Shown in pieces: positions 39,626 to 48,699 of a stretch of 64,000 bases of DNA. Source of the DNA: an uncultured Methylomirabilota bacterium. GTDB taxonomy: Bacteria; Methylomirabilota; Methylomirabilia; Methylomirabilales; 2-02-FULL-66-22. The notes under the pieces were generated by a model. It ran no database searches and was not told where the DNA came from. It was given only the letters and a program-made list of their open reading frames with translations. The DNA is taken from NCBI GenBank assembly GCA_963845565.1, contig CAWJSJ010000002.1, positions 1,024,001 through 1,088,000 on the forward strand. Reading direction: 5' to 3'. The position numbers and the translations under genes were made by a program. Position 1 is the stretch's first letter. Every line of letters begins with the position of its first letter.

Positions 39626-40288
39626 TCACTCGAATAGGGCCCGGGGAAAGAGCACGTTGTTCTCCAGGTGAATGTGCTCCATCAGCTCGTCGGCCAGGCG
39701 TCCCAGGCGCAGGTAGAGTGCCCGCCAGGTCGGGCAGGCCTCGGGCGGAGCGGTGAGATCGGCGGTGAGCGCACGGAGCCGGGCGAGGGACCGGCCGTGG
39801 TCCTCGTGCTCCTGCTCCATGACGTGGATCGGCCCGCCGGCCCCGTGGCCCCGTCCGGCCCGGATCATCGGGAAGAGGATCTGCTCTTCCTTTGCCAGGT
39901 GGTCGAGCACGGCGGCGTGCATGGTGTGGAGAAGCGCCGTGAGGCCGCGCGGGCAGGACGCCTTGTCGGCGTGAACCTGTTCGACCTTGTCCGCGAGCAA
40001 GATCAGCTCCGGAATCTCGGTGCGGAGGCGCGCGTGATAGTGGTTCACGATGAAGTCCACCAGTTCCGCAACGGAGCGGTTGGCCCAGCGGGTGAGGTCT
40101 CCGCCGTCCTGATCGGCGACCGCGATGGCCTGAAGGATCGTCTCGGGGTTGAGCCCCTTCTCGGCGCAGGCCTCCGTCAGCGGCCGGCGACCGCCGCAGC
40201 AGAAGTCGAGGCCGTTTGCGAGGAACACACGGGTGGCTCCGGGGCGGGTGACGGCGAGATCGGCGAGCGTGACGGTTTGAGCGTTCAT
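39626..40288 (-). CDS. ytfE: iron-sulfur cluster repair di-iron protein (RIC)
   Basis: LDFCCGG, HLAKEEQILFP, EHEDH, EHIHLENNVLFP. Confidence 0.95.
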   Translation of the reverse strand: MNAQTVTLADLAVTRPGATRVFLANGLDFCCGGRRPLTEACAEKGLNPETILQAIAVADQDGGDLTRWANRSVAELVDFIVNHYHARLRTEIPELILLADKVEQVHADKASCPRGLTALLHTMHAAVLDHLAKEEQILFPMIRAGRGHGAGGPIHVMEQEHEDHGRSLARLRALTADLTAPPEACPTWRALYLRLGRLADELMEHIHLENNVLFPRALFE

Positions 40289-40316
40289 GGCTTCATCCTC
40301 CTTGCCAGAGGAGATA

Positions 40317-40332
40317 AGCATTGCGAGTGCCA
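40317..40332 (-). promoter_or_regulatory. sigma54 -24/-12 promoter for ytfE-norB
   Basis: minus-strand TGGCACTCGCAATGCT (GG-N10-GC). Confidence 0.75.
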
Positions 40333-40399
40333 TGGAATTAATCCTTCATTTACAGGTAGTTGCTTTTCTTGTTATAATTATCAACAACTATGAAGTGTT

Positions 40400-40410
40400 G
40401 TATCTATTAC
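40400..40410. promoter_or_regulatory. putative NorR box
   Basis: GT-N7-AC (GTATCTATTAC) in the AT-rich spacer between ytfE and norR. Confidence 0.5.
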
Positions 40411-40423
40411 TACGGAGTTATCT

Positions 40424-42004
40424 ATGAGACAACTTCCAGGAGAGCTCGAGGCATTGCTGGAAATCGCCCGGGACTTGACGGCATCGCTGGCCGGAACGGA
40501 TCGGTATGCCCGGCTGCTCGAGGCGGTGACGCGCGCGATTCCGTGCGATGCCGCGTGCCTGCTCCGACTGCAAGGGGACGACTTGGTTCCGGTGGCCGCA
40601 CGGGGATTGGTCGAGGAAGCACTGGTCCGGCGGTTCCCTCGACGCGACCATCCGCGGCTCGACCTCATCCTGCAATCGGCCGAACCGGTCCGCTTCGCGA
40701 CGGACAGTCCGCTCGCCGATCCCTTCGACGGCCTCTTGCAGGCGGACGCGCGGGCGCTGGAGCGGGTGCACGCATGTCTCGGCTGCCGCCTCATGGAAGG
40801 GGCGCAGGTTGTCGGCGCGCTCACGGCGGATGCGCTGGACCCGCACGCGTTCGATCGGCTCGACCCCTGGGTGCTCGTGACACTCGGCGCGCTGGCGGGC
40901 GCCGCCATGCGGACGACGGGCCTGATCGAGGCCCTGGAGCGGACCGCGGAGCGGCGGGGCCAGGTGGCGCGGGAGCTTCAGCGCAGCGCGGGGCTGTCCA
41001 GCGGCGGCCAGTTCCTCGGCGCCAGCGCGGCCACGCGCCGACTGCTCGACGAGATCCACCTCGTCGCCCGCTCGGACCTCGCGGTGCTCATCACCGGCGA
41101 GACCGGTGTCGGGAAGGAATTGGTCGCGCGCCAGATCCACGACGCTTCGCCTCGGCGAGACGAAGCGCTGATCCAGGTCAACTGCGCCGCGCTGCCGGAA
41201 TCCATCGCCGAGAGCGAGTTGTTCGGGCATGTCGCCGGTGCGTTCACCGGGGCCACTCGCGACCGCGCGGGCAAGTTCGAGATTGCGGACGGCGGGACGC
41301 TCTTCTTGGATGAGATCGGCGAGCTGCCGCTCGGTCTGCAGCCCAAGCTGCTGCGGGCCATCGAGCAGGGCGAGATCCAGCGGGTCGGGTCGGACCGGGC
41401 ACTGCGGGTGGACGTCCGCATCCTGGCGGCCACCAACCGGAACCTGGAGGCGGAGGTTGCTGGGGGTCGCTTCCGCGCCGACCTCTACCATCGGCTGGCG
41501 GTCTATCCCATCCGGGTCCCGCCGCTGCGCGAACGGCGCCCGGACATCCCGCTCCTTGCCGCACATTTCCTCGACCTCGGCCGGCAGCGCCTTGGGCTCG
41601 GACCGGTCCGTTTGACCGACGACGCCCGCGAGCGCTTGGTCGGCGCCGATTGGCCCGGAAACGTGCGGGAGCTCGAGAATGTCATCAGCCGCGGCGTGCT
41701 GCGCGCCGCACGCCAGCAGCCCGAACGCGCGGGCCCCGTGCTGATCGGCGTGGAGCGCCTCGACCTGGAGTCCGTCGAATCCCCGAGGACTGTCGCGGAG
41801 TCTGCGACAGCACCTGCGCCGGGCACCCGTGCCGCCCCGCCTCCATCGCTGGCGGACCGAATCGAAGCGTTCCGGCGGCGGGAGGTCCTCGCCGCGGTGG
41901 GGCGGCACCGGGGGAATTGGGCGGCAGCCGCCCGAGAGCTCGGACTCCATCGGAGCAACTTTCACCACCTGGCGAAACGCTTGGGCATCCCGAAGGAGCG
42001 ATAG
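40424..42004 (+). CDS. norR: NO-responsive sigma54 activator
   Basis: GAF domain (HPRL, VHACLGC), GETGVGKE, GAFTGA, C-terminal HTH; divergent from ytfE-norB. Confidence 0.93.
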   Translation: MRQLPGELEALLEIARDLTASLAGTDRYARLLEAVTRAIPCDAACLLRLQGDDLVPVAARGLVEEALVRRFPRRDHPRLDLILQSAEPVRFATDSPLADPFDGLLQADARALERVHACLGCRLMEGAQVVGALTADALDPHAFDRLDPWVLVTLGALAGAAMRTTGLIEALERTAERRGQVARELQRSAGLSSGGQFLGASAATRRLLDEIHLVARSDLAVLITGETGVGKELVARQIHDASPRRDEALIQVNCAALPESIAESELFGHVAGAFTGATRDRAGKFEIADGGTLFLDEIGELPLGLQPKLLRAIEQGEIQRVGSDRALRVDVRILAATNRNLEAEVAGGRFRADLYHRLAVYPIRVPPLRERRPDIPLLAAHFLDLGRQRLGLGPVRLTDDARERLVGADWPGNVRELENVISRGVLRAARQQPERAGPVLIGVERLDLESVESPRTVAESATAPAPGTRAAPPPSLADRIEAFRRREVLAAVGRHRGNWAAAARELGLHRSNFHHLAKRLGIPKER

Positions 42005-42233
42005 ACAGCCCCCTGGGGCCCCGGCGGGCGTGCGCCGACCGCGGAGCGGACAGGAAGACTGCACCGGAAACCCTCCGTGTACCGAGACGGGCGCACACCG
42101 GGAACATGCGGCGTGTGCGTGAAGGATCGCTTCCCGTGCGGGCCGAGCACGATCCGCGACGTAAGATCCTCCTTGACGGCGGGCGCGGCTGCTGGTCAAA
42201 TGCATCCACCGACACCTGACGGAGTCCTCGCCG

Positions 42234-43532
42234 ATGCTTGACCTCGCCACGCGTGCCCACAATCACTCTTACCGGATCGACCCCATCGTCCGGTCCTTGC
42301 TCGACACGGACTTCTACAAGTTCCTGATGCTGCAGTTCATCTGGCTCCACTACCGGGCGGTACCCGTCACCTTCTCGCTGATCAACCGGACGACGGCCGT
42401 CCGGCTGGCCGACGTGATCCCCGAGCAGGAGCTGCGCGCGCAGCTGGATCATGCGCGCAACCTCCGCGTCACGAAATCCGAGTTGATCTGGCTGGCTGGC
42501 AACACCTTCTACGGACAAGCCGGGATGTTCCGGCCGGATTTCCTTGCCTGGCTTGCGGCCTACCAGCTTCCGGCGTACCACCTCGCGGTCAAGGACGGCC
42601 AGTACGAGCTGACGTTTTCCGGGCAATGGGCCGAGACCACATTGTGGGAGATCCCGGCCCTCGCCATCGTGAACACCTTGCGCAACCGGCAGGGGCTCCA
42701 GCGGCTCTCACGGTTCGAACTGGACGTCCTCTACGCACAGGCGAAGACGAACCTGTGGCGGAACCTGTTGGGCCTCCGAGACGCGGGGGTATCCGGGCTG
42801 GCGGATTTCGGAACCCGACGCCGGCACGATTACCTCTATCATGAATGGGCGGTGCTCGCCGCCCGGGACGTGCTGGGGCCCGCTTTCACCGGCACCTCCA
42901 ACGTGCTCCTCGCCATGCGCCATGACATCGAGGCCATCGGCACGCACGGCCACGAGCTGCCCATGGTGCAGGCGACCCTGGCGAGGACGCCGGACGCCCT
43001 GCGAACGTCGCAATACGACGTCCTGGCCCGGTGGCAGGAGACCTACGGCGGCCGGTTGCTCATCTTCCTCCCCGATACCTACGGTACCACCCAGTTTCTG
43101 GCCCAGGCCCCCGACTGGGTCGCCGACTGGACGGGCCTTCGCATCGACTCCAAGGACCCGATTGCTGGGGGCGAAGAGGCCATCGCCTGGTGGAGCGCTC
43201 GCGGCCGCGACCCGCGCGCGAAATTGATCCTGTTCTCCGACGGGCTGGACAGTCCGACGGCGATCGCCCTCCACCGCCACTTCCTCGGTCGTATCCGCAC
43301 CGGGTTCGGCTGGGGCACCCTCCTCACCAACGACTTCCGGACCTGCCACCCCCGCGGCGCGATCGATCTCGACCCCATCAGCTTGATCTGCAAGGTCACG
43401 GAAGCCAACGGCCGGCCGGCGGTCAAGCTCTCGGACAACGACGCCAAGCCGACCGGTCCGCCGGAGGAGATCGCCCGGTACCGCGAGGTCTTCGGCCACG
43501 CGGGCGTTACCCACCGCGCGGTGCTCGTCTAG
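42234..43532 (+). CDS. pncB: nicotinate phosphoribosyltransferase
   Basis: [37 protein letters not shown]. Confidence 0.92.
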   Translation: MLDLATRAHNHSYRIDPIVRSLLDTDFYKFLMLQFIWLHYRAVPVTFSLINRTTAVRLADVIPEQELRAQLDHARNLRVTKSELIWLAGNTFYGQAGMFRPDFLAWLAAYQLPAYHLAVKDGQYELTFSGQWAETTLWEIPALAIVNTLRNRQGLQRLSRFELDVLYAQAKTNLWRNLLGLRDAGVSGLADFGTRRRHDYLYHEWAVLAARDVLGPAFTGTSNVLLAMRHDIEAIGTHGHELPMVQATLARTPDALRTSQYDVLARWQETYGGRLLIFLPDTYGTTQFLAQAPDWVADWTGLRIDSKDPIAGGEEAIAWWSARGRDPRAKLILFSDGLDSPTAIALHRHFLGRIRTGFGWGTLLTNDFRTCHPRGAIDLDPISLICKVTEANGRPAVKLSDNDAKPTGPPEEIARYREVFGHAGVTHRAVLV

Positions 43533-43667
43533 CAGGCCGCCGCAGGCCGCTGAAAACGGCCCATCTGCGGCGTTGGTCCGCTTGGGTGCTCGCTGCGGCG
43601 TACCTGAAGTACGCCTCACTCGGCCCTGCGCGTACCGCCTGGCATCTGAACCGTTTTGAGCGGCCTG
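43533..43667 (+). mobile_element. MITE family 1, copy 2
   Basis: CAGGCCGCTGAAAACGGCCCATCTGCGGCGTTGG...GTTTTGAGCGGCCTG right after the pncB TAG; a further fragment at 43724-43743. Confidence 0.75.
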
Positions 43668-43766
43668 CTCGCTCTCGATTCGTTTGGTCGTTTGTGAAGC
43701 TATCGGGTGCTGGTCGACCCGCACGGCCCATCTGCGGCGTACCGGGCTATGTCCTGGAGATTTCGC

Positions 43767-43794
43767 TTGAACTGACATGGGGATGAGGTATAGT
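43767..43794 (+). promoter_or_regulatory. putative sigma70 promoter
   Basis: TTGAAC-N16-TATAGT. Confidence 0.5.
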
Positions 43795-43953
43795 GCCTCC
43801 ACGTACGGAGGTTGACGGTCGTGTTGTTCCTGCCGCTTTTCATGGTAAAGCGCTGCCCGCAACGACGAGCTATCGTCGGACGAGGGCAGGGGTGTCGGCA
43901 GGGACGGGAAGAAGCCTAGACAACGACTGAGCGTTATCGCGGATCCTGTCAGA

Positions 43954-43990
43954 GCCCTGGGGCCCTCCGGCCTCAGGGTTTTTGTTTTTT
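43954..43990 (+). terminator. intrinsic terminator
   Basis: GCCCTGGGGCC-CTCC-GGCCTCAGGGT stem followed by TTTTGTTTTTT. Confidence 0.85.
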
Positions 43991-44163
43991 CGCGCCGCCA
44001 GGGCGTTTGAGGGGAGGTGATCACATGCGCCATCACGGGGTTTCGAGACTTCGGATGCGCCGCGTCCGACCGTCGGGGGTCCGTCGTCTTTACAGGAAAC
44101 GAAGGAGGCCTAAACGACTGGGACGTTGGCATCGGGGCTCTGAACCACCGGAAGGAGATGGCC

Positions 44164-44382
44164 ATGGACGACTATTCGGCTGACTATACGCTGCGGGAAG
44201 AGTTTCGCAAGGTGGCCGCGCTCGATCGGCAGCTCACGCGCTGGGGCTGGTTCCGGCGGAACGAGCATCGCCCACGGAAGGCTGAGTGGCGGATCCGGAT
44301 AGGGGAAGCGCTGATCCGCCTGGGTTGCTGGGTGCAAGGCGAGCATGCCGCCCAGCCGGCCCGCGCTTCGGAAGACTCTTAG
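44164..44382 (+). CDS. small hypothetical protein
   Basis: AAGGAG RBS; 72 aa containing WRIRIGEALIRLGCW. Confidence 0.55.
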   Translation: MDDYSADYTLREEFRKVAALDRQLTRWGWFRRNEHRPRKAEWRIRIGEALIRLGCWVQGEHAAQPARASEDS

Positions 44383-44987
44383 GCAAGATCCCGCTTCTCT
44401 ACGCTCTGTCGATACTCATCGGGCGTGTCGAGATCGATGAGGATGCCGGGATCGCCACATTCGATCTCGCGGGCGTCCTGGGCGTGACGGGCGAGGAACT
44501 CTCGGAGAACGGCGGACGGGGTCGCCAGGAGGATTTCCGGTGTGTAGTCGGTGGCGATGAGCGGAGGGTGGCCGCGACGCCCCTGGTAGCACGGGTAGAG
44601 GGCGCCGCCGGGCTGCGCATCCCATGCGGCGATGAGCCGGGTGAGTGTGGCGGGTTGCACGAGCGGCATGTCCCCGGGCAGGATGAAGAACGCGCGGAGG
44701 CCGGACGGGAGGCTGCGCACGCCGGCCTGGACCGACGAAAACATCCCGTCCTCGAAGCCCTCGTTCCTGACCCACGGGATTCCGCACCGCGCCAGCACGG
44801 GGATCAGTTGCTCCGCTTGCCACCCGACGACGACGCGGATGGTCTCGACGCCCGCCTCATGGATGGTGGCGATCACGCGCTCGATGACGGTGGTGGCACC
44901 GAACGGTAGGAGGGGCTTGAAGGCGCCCATCCGCCGGGAATACCCGGCCGCCAGGACGACAGCGGCGAGGTCCGGGCGGGCGGCCAC
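44379..44987 (-). CDS. molybdenum cofactor cytidylyltransferase-like nucleotidyltransferase (MocA-like)
   Basis: LAAGYSRRMG..KPLL, GMFSS, PGDMP, GHP, DLDTP; coupled to xdhC. Confidence 0.85.
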   Translation of the reverse strand: MAARPDLAAVVLAAGYSRRMGAFKPLLPFGATTVIERVIATIHEAGVETIRVVVGWQAEQLIPVLARCGIPWVRNEGFEDGMFSSVQAGVRSLPSGLRAFFILPGDMPLVQPATLTRLIAAWDAQPGGALYPCYQGRRGHPPLIATDYTPEILLATPSAVLREFLARHAQDAREIECGDPGILIDLDTPDEYRQSVEKRDLA

Positions 44988-44990
44988 GGC

Positions 44991-46088
44991 CTACGCCGCT
45001 CCGCCCCGGCCGGCGCGGGTGGCGATCAACTCGGCTGCGATGCTGACCGCGATCTCTTCGGGCGTCTCGGCCCCGACGGGAAGGCCGATGGGGCAATGGA
45101 CCTGTGAGAGATCGTCCGGTGTGAACCCCTCGCGGGCAAGCTGCTCAAAGATCAGTCCACGCTTCCGCCGACTCCCGATCATCCCGATGTAGCCAGGCCG
45201 GCGACGCAAGACCTGGCGCAGGATCGCCTGATCTCCGCCGTGGCCACGGGTGACGATGACCACGTAGCTGTCCTCGCCGATGGGCAGATCGTCGAGGATT
45301 CGATCGAAGGACGGTGCGGCGATGACGTCGTCGGCCAGGGGGAATCGGTCGCGGGCAGCGAACTCGGCACGGTCATCCACGACGACCGTCCGGAACCCCA
45401 GCAGATGGCAGAGCGGGGCGAGGCGTGCTCCGATGTGTCCGCCGCCGAAGATGTAGACCGTGACGGGCGGCGCCAGCGGCTCCACGAAGTAACGGACCAT
45501 CCCGCGCTCGACGAGATGGGGGGCCGTCGGGGCGGGGCCGTGGAGCAGATCCTCCGGCAGGGCGTGACCGGTCCGGGACAGGGAGGCGACGGAACGCCCG
45601 CCGGCCACCAGGAAGTAATCCGTGGCGGCCGCGCTGCCATCCCGCGAGATCGCCGTGGTCAGGCATCCGCGCCCGCCGCATGTCAGCAGGTGAGCGACCT
45701 GGGCGAAGAAATCTCGCACGGCCGGTGCGGTCCCGTCGAGGTATTCGACGAGCACCTCCACCTCGCCCCCGCACGTCATCCCCTCGTCCGAGGCCTGCTG
45801 GAGGTCCAGCGCGAACGCCCGGCAGAGTGCCTGGCCGTCACGGAGAACCTCCCGAGCCCACGCCGCAGCCTTCACCTCCAGGACGCCGCCACCGACGGTT
45901 CCCTCTGACCCGCCGACTTCCCGGACCAGCATCTTGGCCCCGGCGTGCCGAGGTCCGGAGCCCGTCCGGCGCAGGATCGCGCAGAGCGCCACGCGCTCGC
46001 GGGCGGCGAGCAGGGCCGCCACCCGTGCATAGAAAGCTGCTGCGTCCCCTGCGACGTCCCGGGGCGCCCCGTCCACGTCGTGGCCCAT
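44991..46088 (-). CDS. xdhC: XdhC/CoxI Moco chaperone (start uncertain)
   Basis: GSGPRHAGAKM, GTVGGG, MTCGG, FGGGHI, YIGMIGSRRK, PIGL..GAETPEEIAVSI. Confidence 0.9.
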   Translation of the reverse strand: MGHDVDGAPRDVAGDAAAFYARVAALLAARERVALCAILRRTGSGPRHAGAKMLVREVGGSEGTVGGGVLEVKAAAWAREVLRDGQALCRAFALDLQQASDEGMTCGGEVEVLVEYLDGTAPAVRDFFAQVAHLLTCGGRGCLTTAISRDGSAAATDYFLVAGGRSVASLSRTGHALPEDLLHGPAPTAPHLVERGMVRYFVEPLAPPVTVYIFGGGHIGARLAPLCHLLGFRTVVVDDRAEFAARDRFPLADDVIAAPSFDRILDDLPIGEDSYVVIVTRGHGGDQAILRQVLRRRPGYIGMIGSRRKRGLIFEQLAREGFTPDDLSQVHCPIGLPVGAETPEEIAVSIAAELIATRAGRGGAA

Positions 46089-46424
46089 GCCGTTGTCTGC
46101 TCCCGCGTTGGGCGAGTGATTGCGGAGGTCGCTACCCGCCACAACCCCATACCACAAGCACGGGGCGGGCGCATCCTGTTTTTCGGGGCCACCCCCGACG
46201 AATCTTCCATGGCGAGACAGATCCACCGCCGAGTGGGGCCGGGATTATGGATTGACATCTGATGGCGAACTCGGGGATGCTTCGGGCGTGTGGCAACGCA
46301 CACGGCGCCGGATGACGAAGAAATGAAACCGGTGCCCCGGAACCGGCACACTCAGGTGCGACTCGTACGGACGGCAGCACGACCGGCGAGTGCCACCGGG
46401 TGAGCTTCGCGGGCGGGATGGCTG

Positions 46425-47399
46425 ATGCGCACTGTGCCGACTCCGATTCCCCGCGTCGCCTGGGCGGGCCTTCTCCTGGGCGCCGGGATCTTGGCGACCC
46501 TGGTCGGCCTCTTCGCCGGCCCGTGGGGAGCCCTGACCAGCCTCATTCTCGCGGCGCTGGTGGTCGGCGCCCTGGCCTGGCGCTCCGCCGCCCGCTGGCG
46601 CGCCCGCGGGGCGGCCCTCGGGACGCCCCTACCGGAGGCCTCGCGAACCCTCCTGCGCGAGTGGTGTGACCACTACAACCGCCTCCCTGAAGATCTGCGG
46701 TCGCGCTTCGAGGACGACGTGCGGATCTTCCTGACGGAGAAGTCCATCACCGGTGTCGGGGTCGAAGCGACCGAGGAACTCCGCCTCCTGGTCGCGGCGT
46801 CGGCCGTGACCCTGTCGCTCGGCTGGCCTGCGTACGACTGGGAGCAGCTCAACGAGGTCCTGCTGTACCCTGATGACTTCGACCGGGACTACGAGATCGG
46901 CGCCGACGACCTTGCCGGCCAGGCGCACCCCTGGGGCACCGTGATCCTGTCGGTGCCTGCCCTGTGCCAGAGCTTCCGAGACCCCGACGACGCGTATCAT
47001 GTCGGGTTCCACGAGTTCGCCCACCTGCTCGACCTGGAGCAGACGCGCTTCGACGGGATTCCGCTGGGGTTCGGCGATGCGGCCGCCCACCGCTGGGTCG
47101 AGATCCGCGAACGGGAGATCCCCGTGATGCTCCGCGGCGAGTCGCTGCTCGATGAGTACGGCGCGCACGACCCCGTGGAGTTCCTGGCCGTCGCCGTCGA
47201 AGCCTTCTTCGAGACCGCACTCTCCATGCGGCGAGATCACGGGGAATTGTACGAGCTCCTGGCGGCCTACTTCCAGCAGGATCCGGCCACGTGGGACGAT
47301 GCGCGCGGCCTGACGCTGAAGCCGCGGTTGCGGCCCCGTGCGCCCCGGCGCGCGGGGCGCACCGGCCGCAGGCGGCCGCGGTCCCGACTGTCGGCATAA
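46425..47399 (+). CDS. zinc peptidase, MtfA/M90 family, with N-terminal TM anchor
   Basis: VLLYPDDF, HEFAHLLD, YGAHDPVEFLAVAVEAFFE. Confidence 0.85.
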   Translation: MRTVPTPIPRVAWAGLLLGAGILATLVGLFAGPWGALTSLILAALVVGALAWRSAARWRARGAALGTPLPEASRTLLREWCDHYNRLPEDLRSRFEDDVRIFLTEKSITGVGVEATEELRLLVAASAVTLSLGWPAYDWEQLNEVLLYPDDFDRDYEIGADDLAGQAHPWGTVILSVPALCQSFRDPDDAYHVGFHEFAHLLDLEQTRFDGIPLGFGDAAAHRWVEIREREIPVMLRGESLLDEYGAHDPVEFLAVAVEAFFETALSMRRDHGELYELLAAYFQQDPATWDDARGLTLKPRLRPRAPRRAGRTGRRRPRSRLSA

Positions 47400-47471
47400 G
47401 AAGACGCCGGGCGGGACGCCCGCCTTGGGCGGTTGAGCGCTGCCGGTGACCTGGATGCGACGAACGGGCGC

Positions 47472-48452
47472 TCAGGCGCCGGGCCGTTCCGGCACTGGCG
47501 AGACGGGAGGATCGAAGGCCTTCAAGAGTGCGAAGAGTTTCGCGTCCCGCGCGGCGATCGCGGCGTCGGCGCTCCCGGGCGGGTAGTCGTAGAACCCGCG
47601 CCCGGCCCGGAGGCCCGTCTCGCCCTTCGCCACCTTGTCCCCCAGGATGGGCTGGGGCGCCTGGGCGGCCGACAGGTCGCGGTACAGGTAGGCCGCGATC
47701 GCGTGAAACGTCGCCAGACCTGCCAGGTCCATCAGGCGGAAGGGCCCCACGGCCGTCCAGCGCAGACCCAGGCCGGCGGTGATGGCTTGGTCCACGGCCT
47801 CCGGACCCGCGATTCCCTCTTCGACCACGTGGAGCGCCTCCCTCACCAGGGCGAGCTGCAGCCGATTCCAGAGGAAGCCGGGCACATCCCTTTCGACCCG
47901 GATGGGAATCCGACCGATCCGGCGGGCCAGGGCGCAGGCGAGATCCATCGCCGCATCCGCCGTCCGGTCGCCCCGGATCACCTCCACGGGCGGCATCAGG
48001 TGGGGCGGGTTCATCCAGTGAAACCCCACCACGGCCTCGGGGCGCGTGGTCGCCGCCGCGATGGCGCTCACCGAGAGGCCCGAGGTGTCCGTGCTGAGGA
48101 TCGCTTCCGGCGGCGCCTCTCGATCCAGCGCGGCGAAGACCGCCTGTTTCTGGGCCAGGTCTTCCGGGACGCTTTCGCTCACGAACTGACATCCCCGTAC
48201 CGCCTCCGCCAGGTCGGTGGTGGCGTGGATGCGCGCCCGCGCTTCCTCTGCCGCCGCGCCACCGAGGAGACCCGCCTGCACCATGGCAGCCTGGTTCTTG
48301 GCGATCCGGTCGAGGGCGGCCTGGAGCGTGGTGTCGCGCCGGGCCTGCAGCCGGACGGCGCACCCCGCCTGGGCGAAGGTCTGGGCGATCCCGCTTCCCA
48401 TGACGCCCGCGCCGATCACGGCCACGGTCCGAATCTCCTGAGCCTGGATCAT
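47472..48452 (-). CDS. 3-hydroxyacyl-CoA dehydrogenase family protein
   Basis: VIGAGVMGSGIA, ESVPE, HWMNPPH, PGFLWNRLQ. Confidence 0.9.
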   Translation of the reverse strand: MIQAQEIRTVAVIGAGVMGSGIAQTFAQAGCAVRLQARRDTTLQAALDRIAKNQAAMVQAGLLGGAAAEEARARIHATTDLAEAVRGCQFVSESVPEDLAQKQAVFAALDREAPPEAILSTDTSGLSVSAIAAATTRPEAVVGFHWMNPPHLMPPVEVIRGDRTADAAMDLACALARRIGRIPIRVERDVPGFLWNRLQLALVREALHVVEEGIAGPEAVDQAITAGLGLRWTAVGPFRLMDLAGLATFHAIAAYLYRDLSAAQAPQPILGDKVAKGETGLRAGRGFYDYPPGSADAAIAARDAKLFALLKAFDPPVSPVPERPGA

Positions 48453-48699
48453 CTCGCTGCTCCTTTCGGATTTCGATAGGGAGGGCGCGTCGGTCACCTC
48501 GCCGACTGGCGCCGCCGGCCGGTTACTCTACAACGCCGTTTCCCGCTTGACAACCGATCCGGGGCTGCCGCATGCTCGTCGGCCTTCGGCCCCCCTGCCG
48601 AGCCGAGGAGGTCGAGCGGGTGCCGCGCGTGAGGCGGCAGGTCGGTCGGCGCGCCGCGGGATCGGGGCCACAACTCTTTTCTACGAGGGGTACGTCGCG

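Noticed and set aside
43847..43925. Cobalamin riboswitch suggested by CTGCCCGCAAC and GGGAAG
   Set aside because: No AGGGAA/CGGTG core or B12 box and no B12-related gene downstream; kept as an unknown leader.
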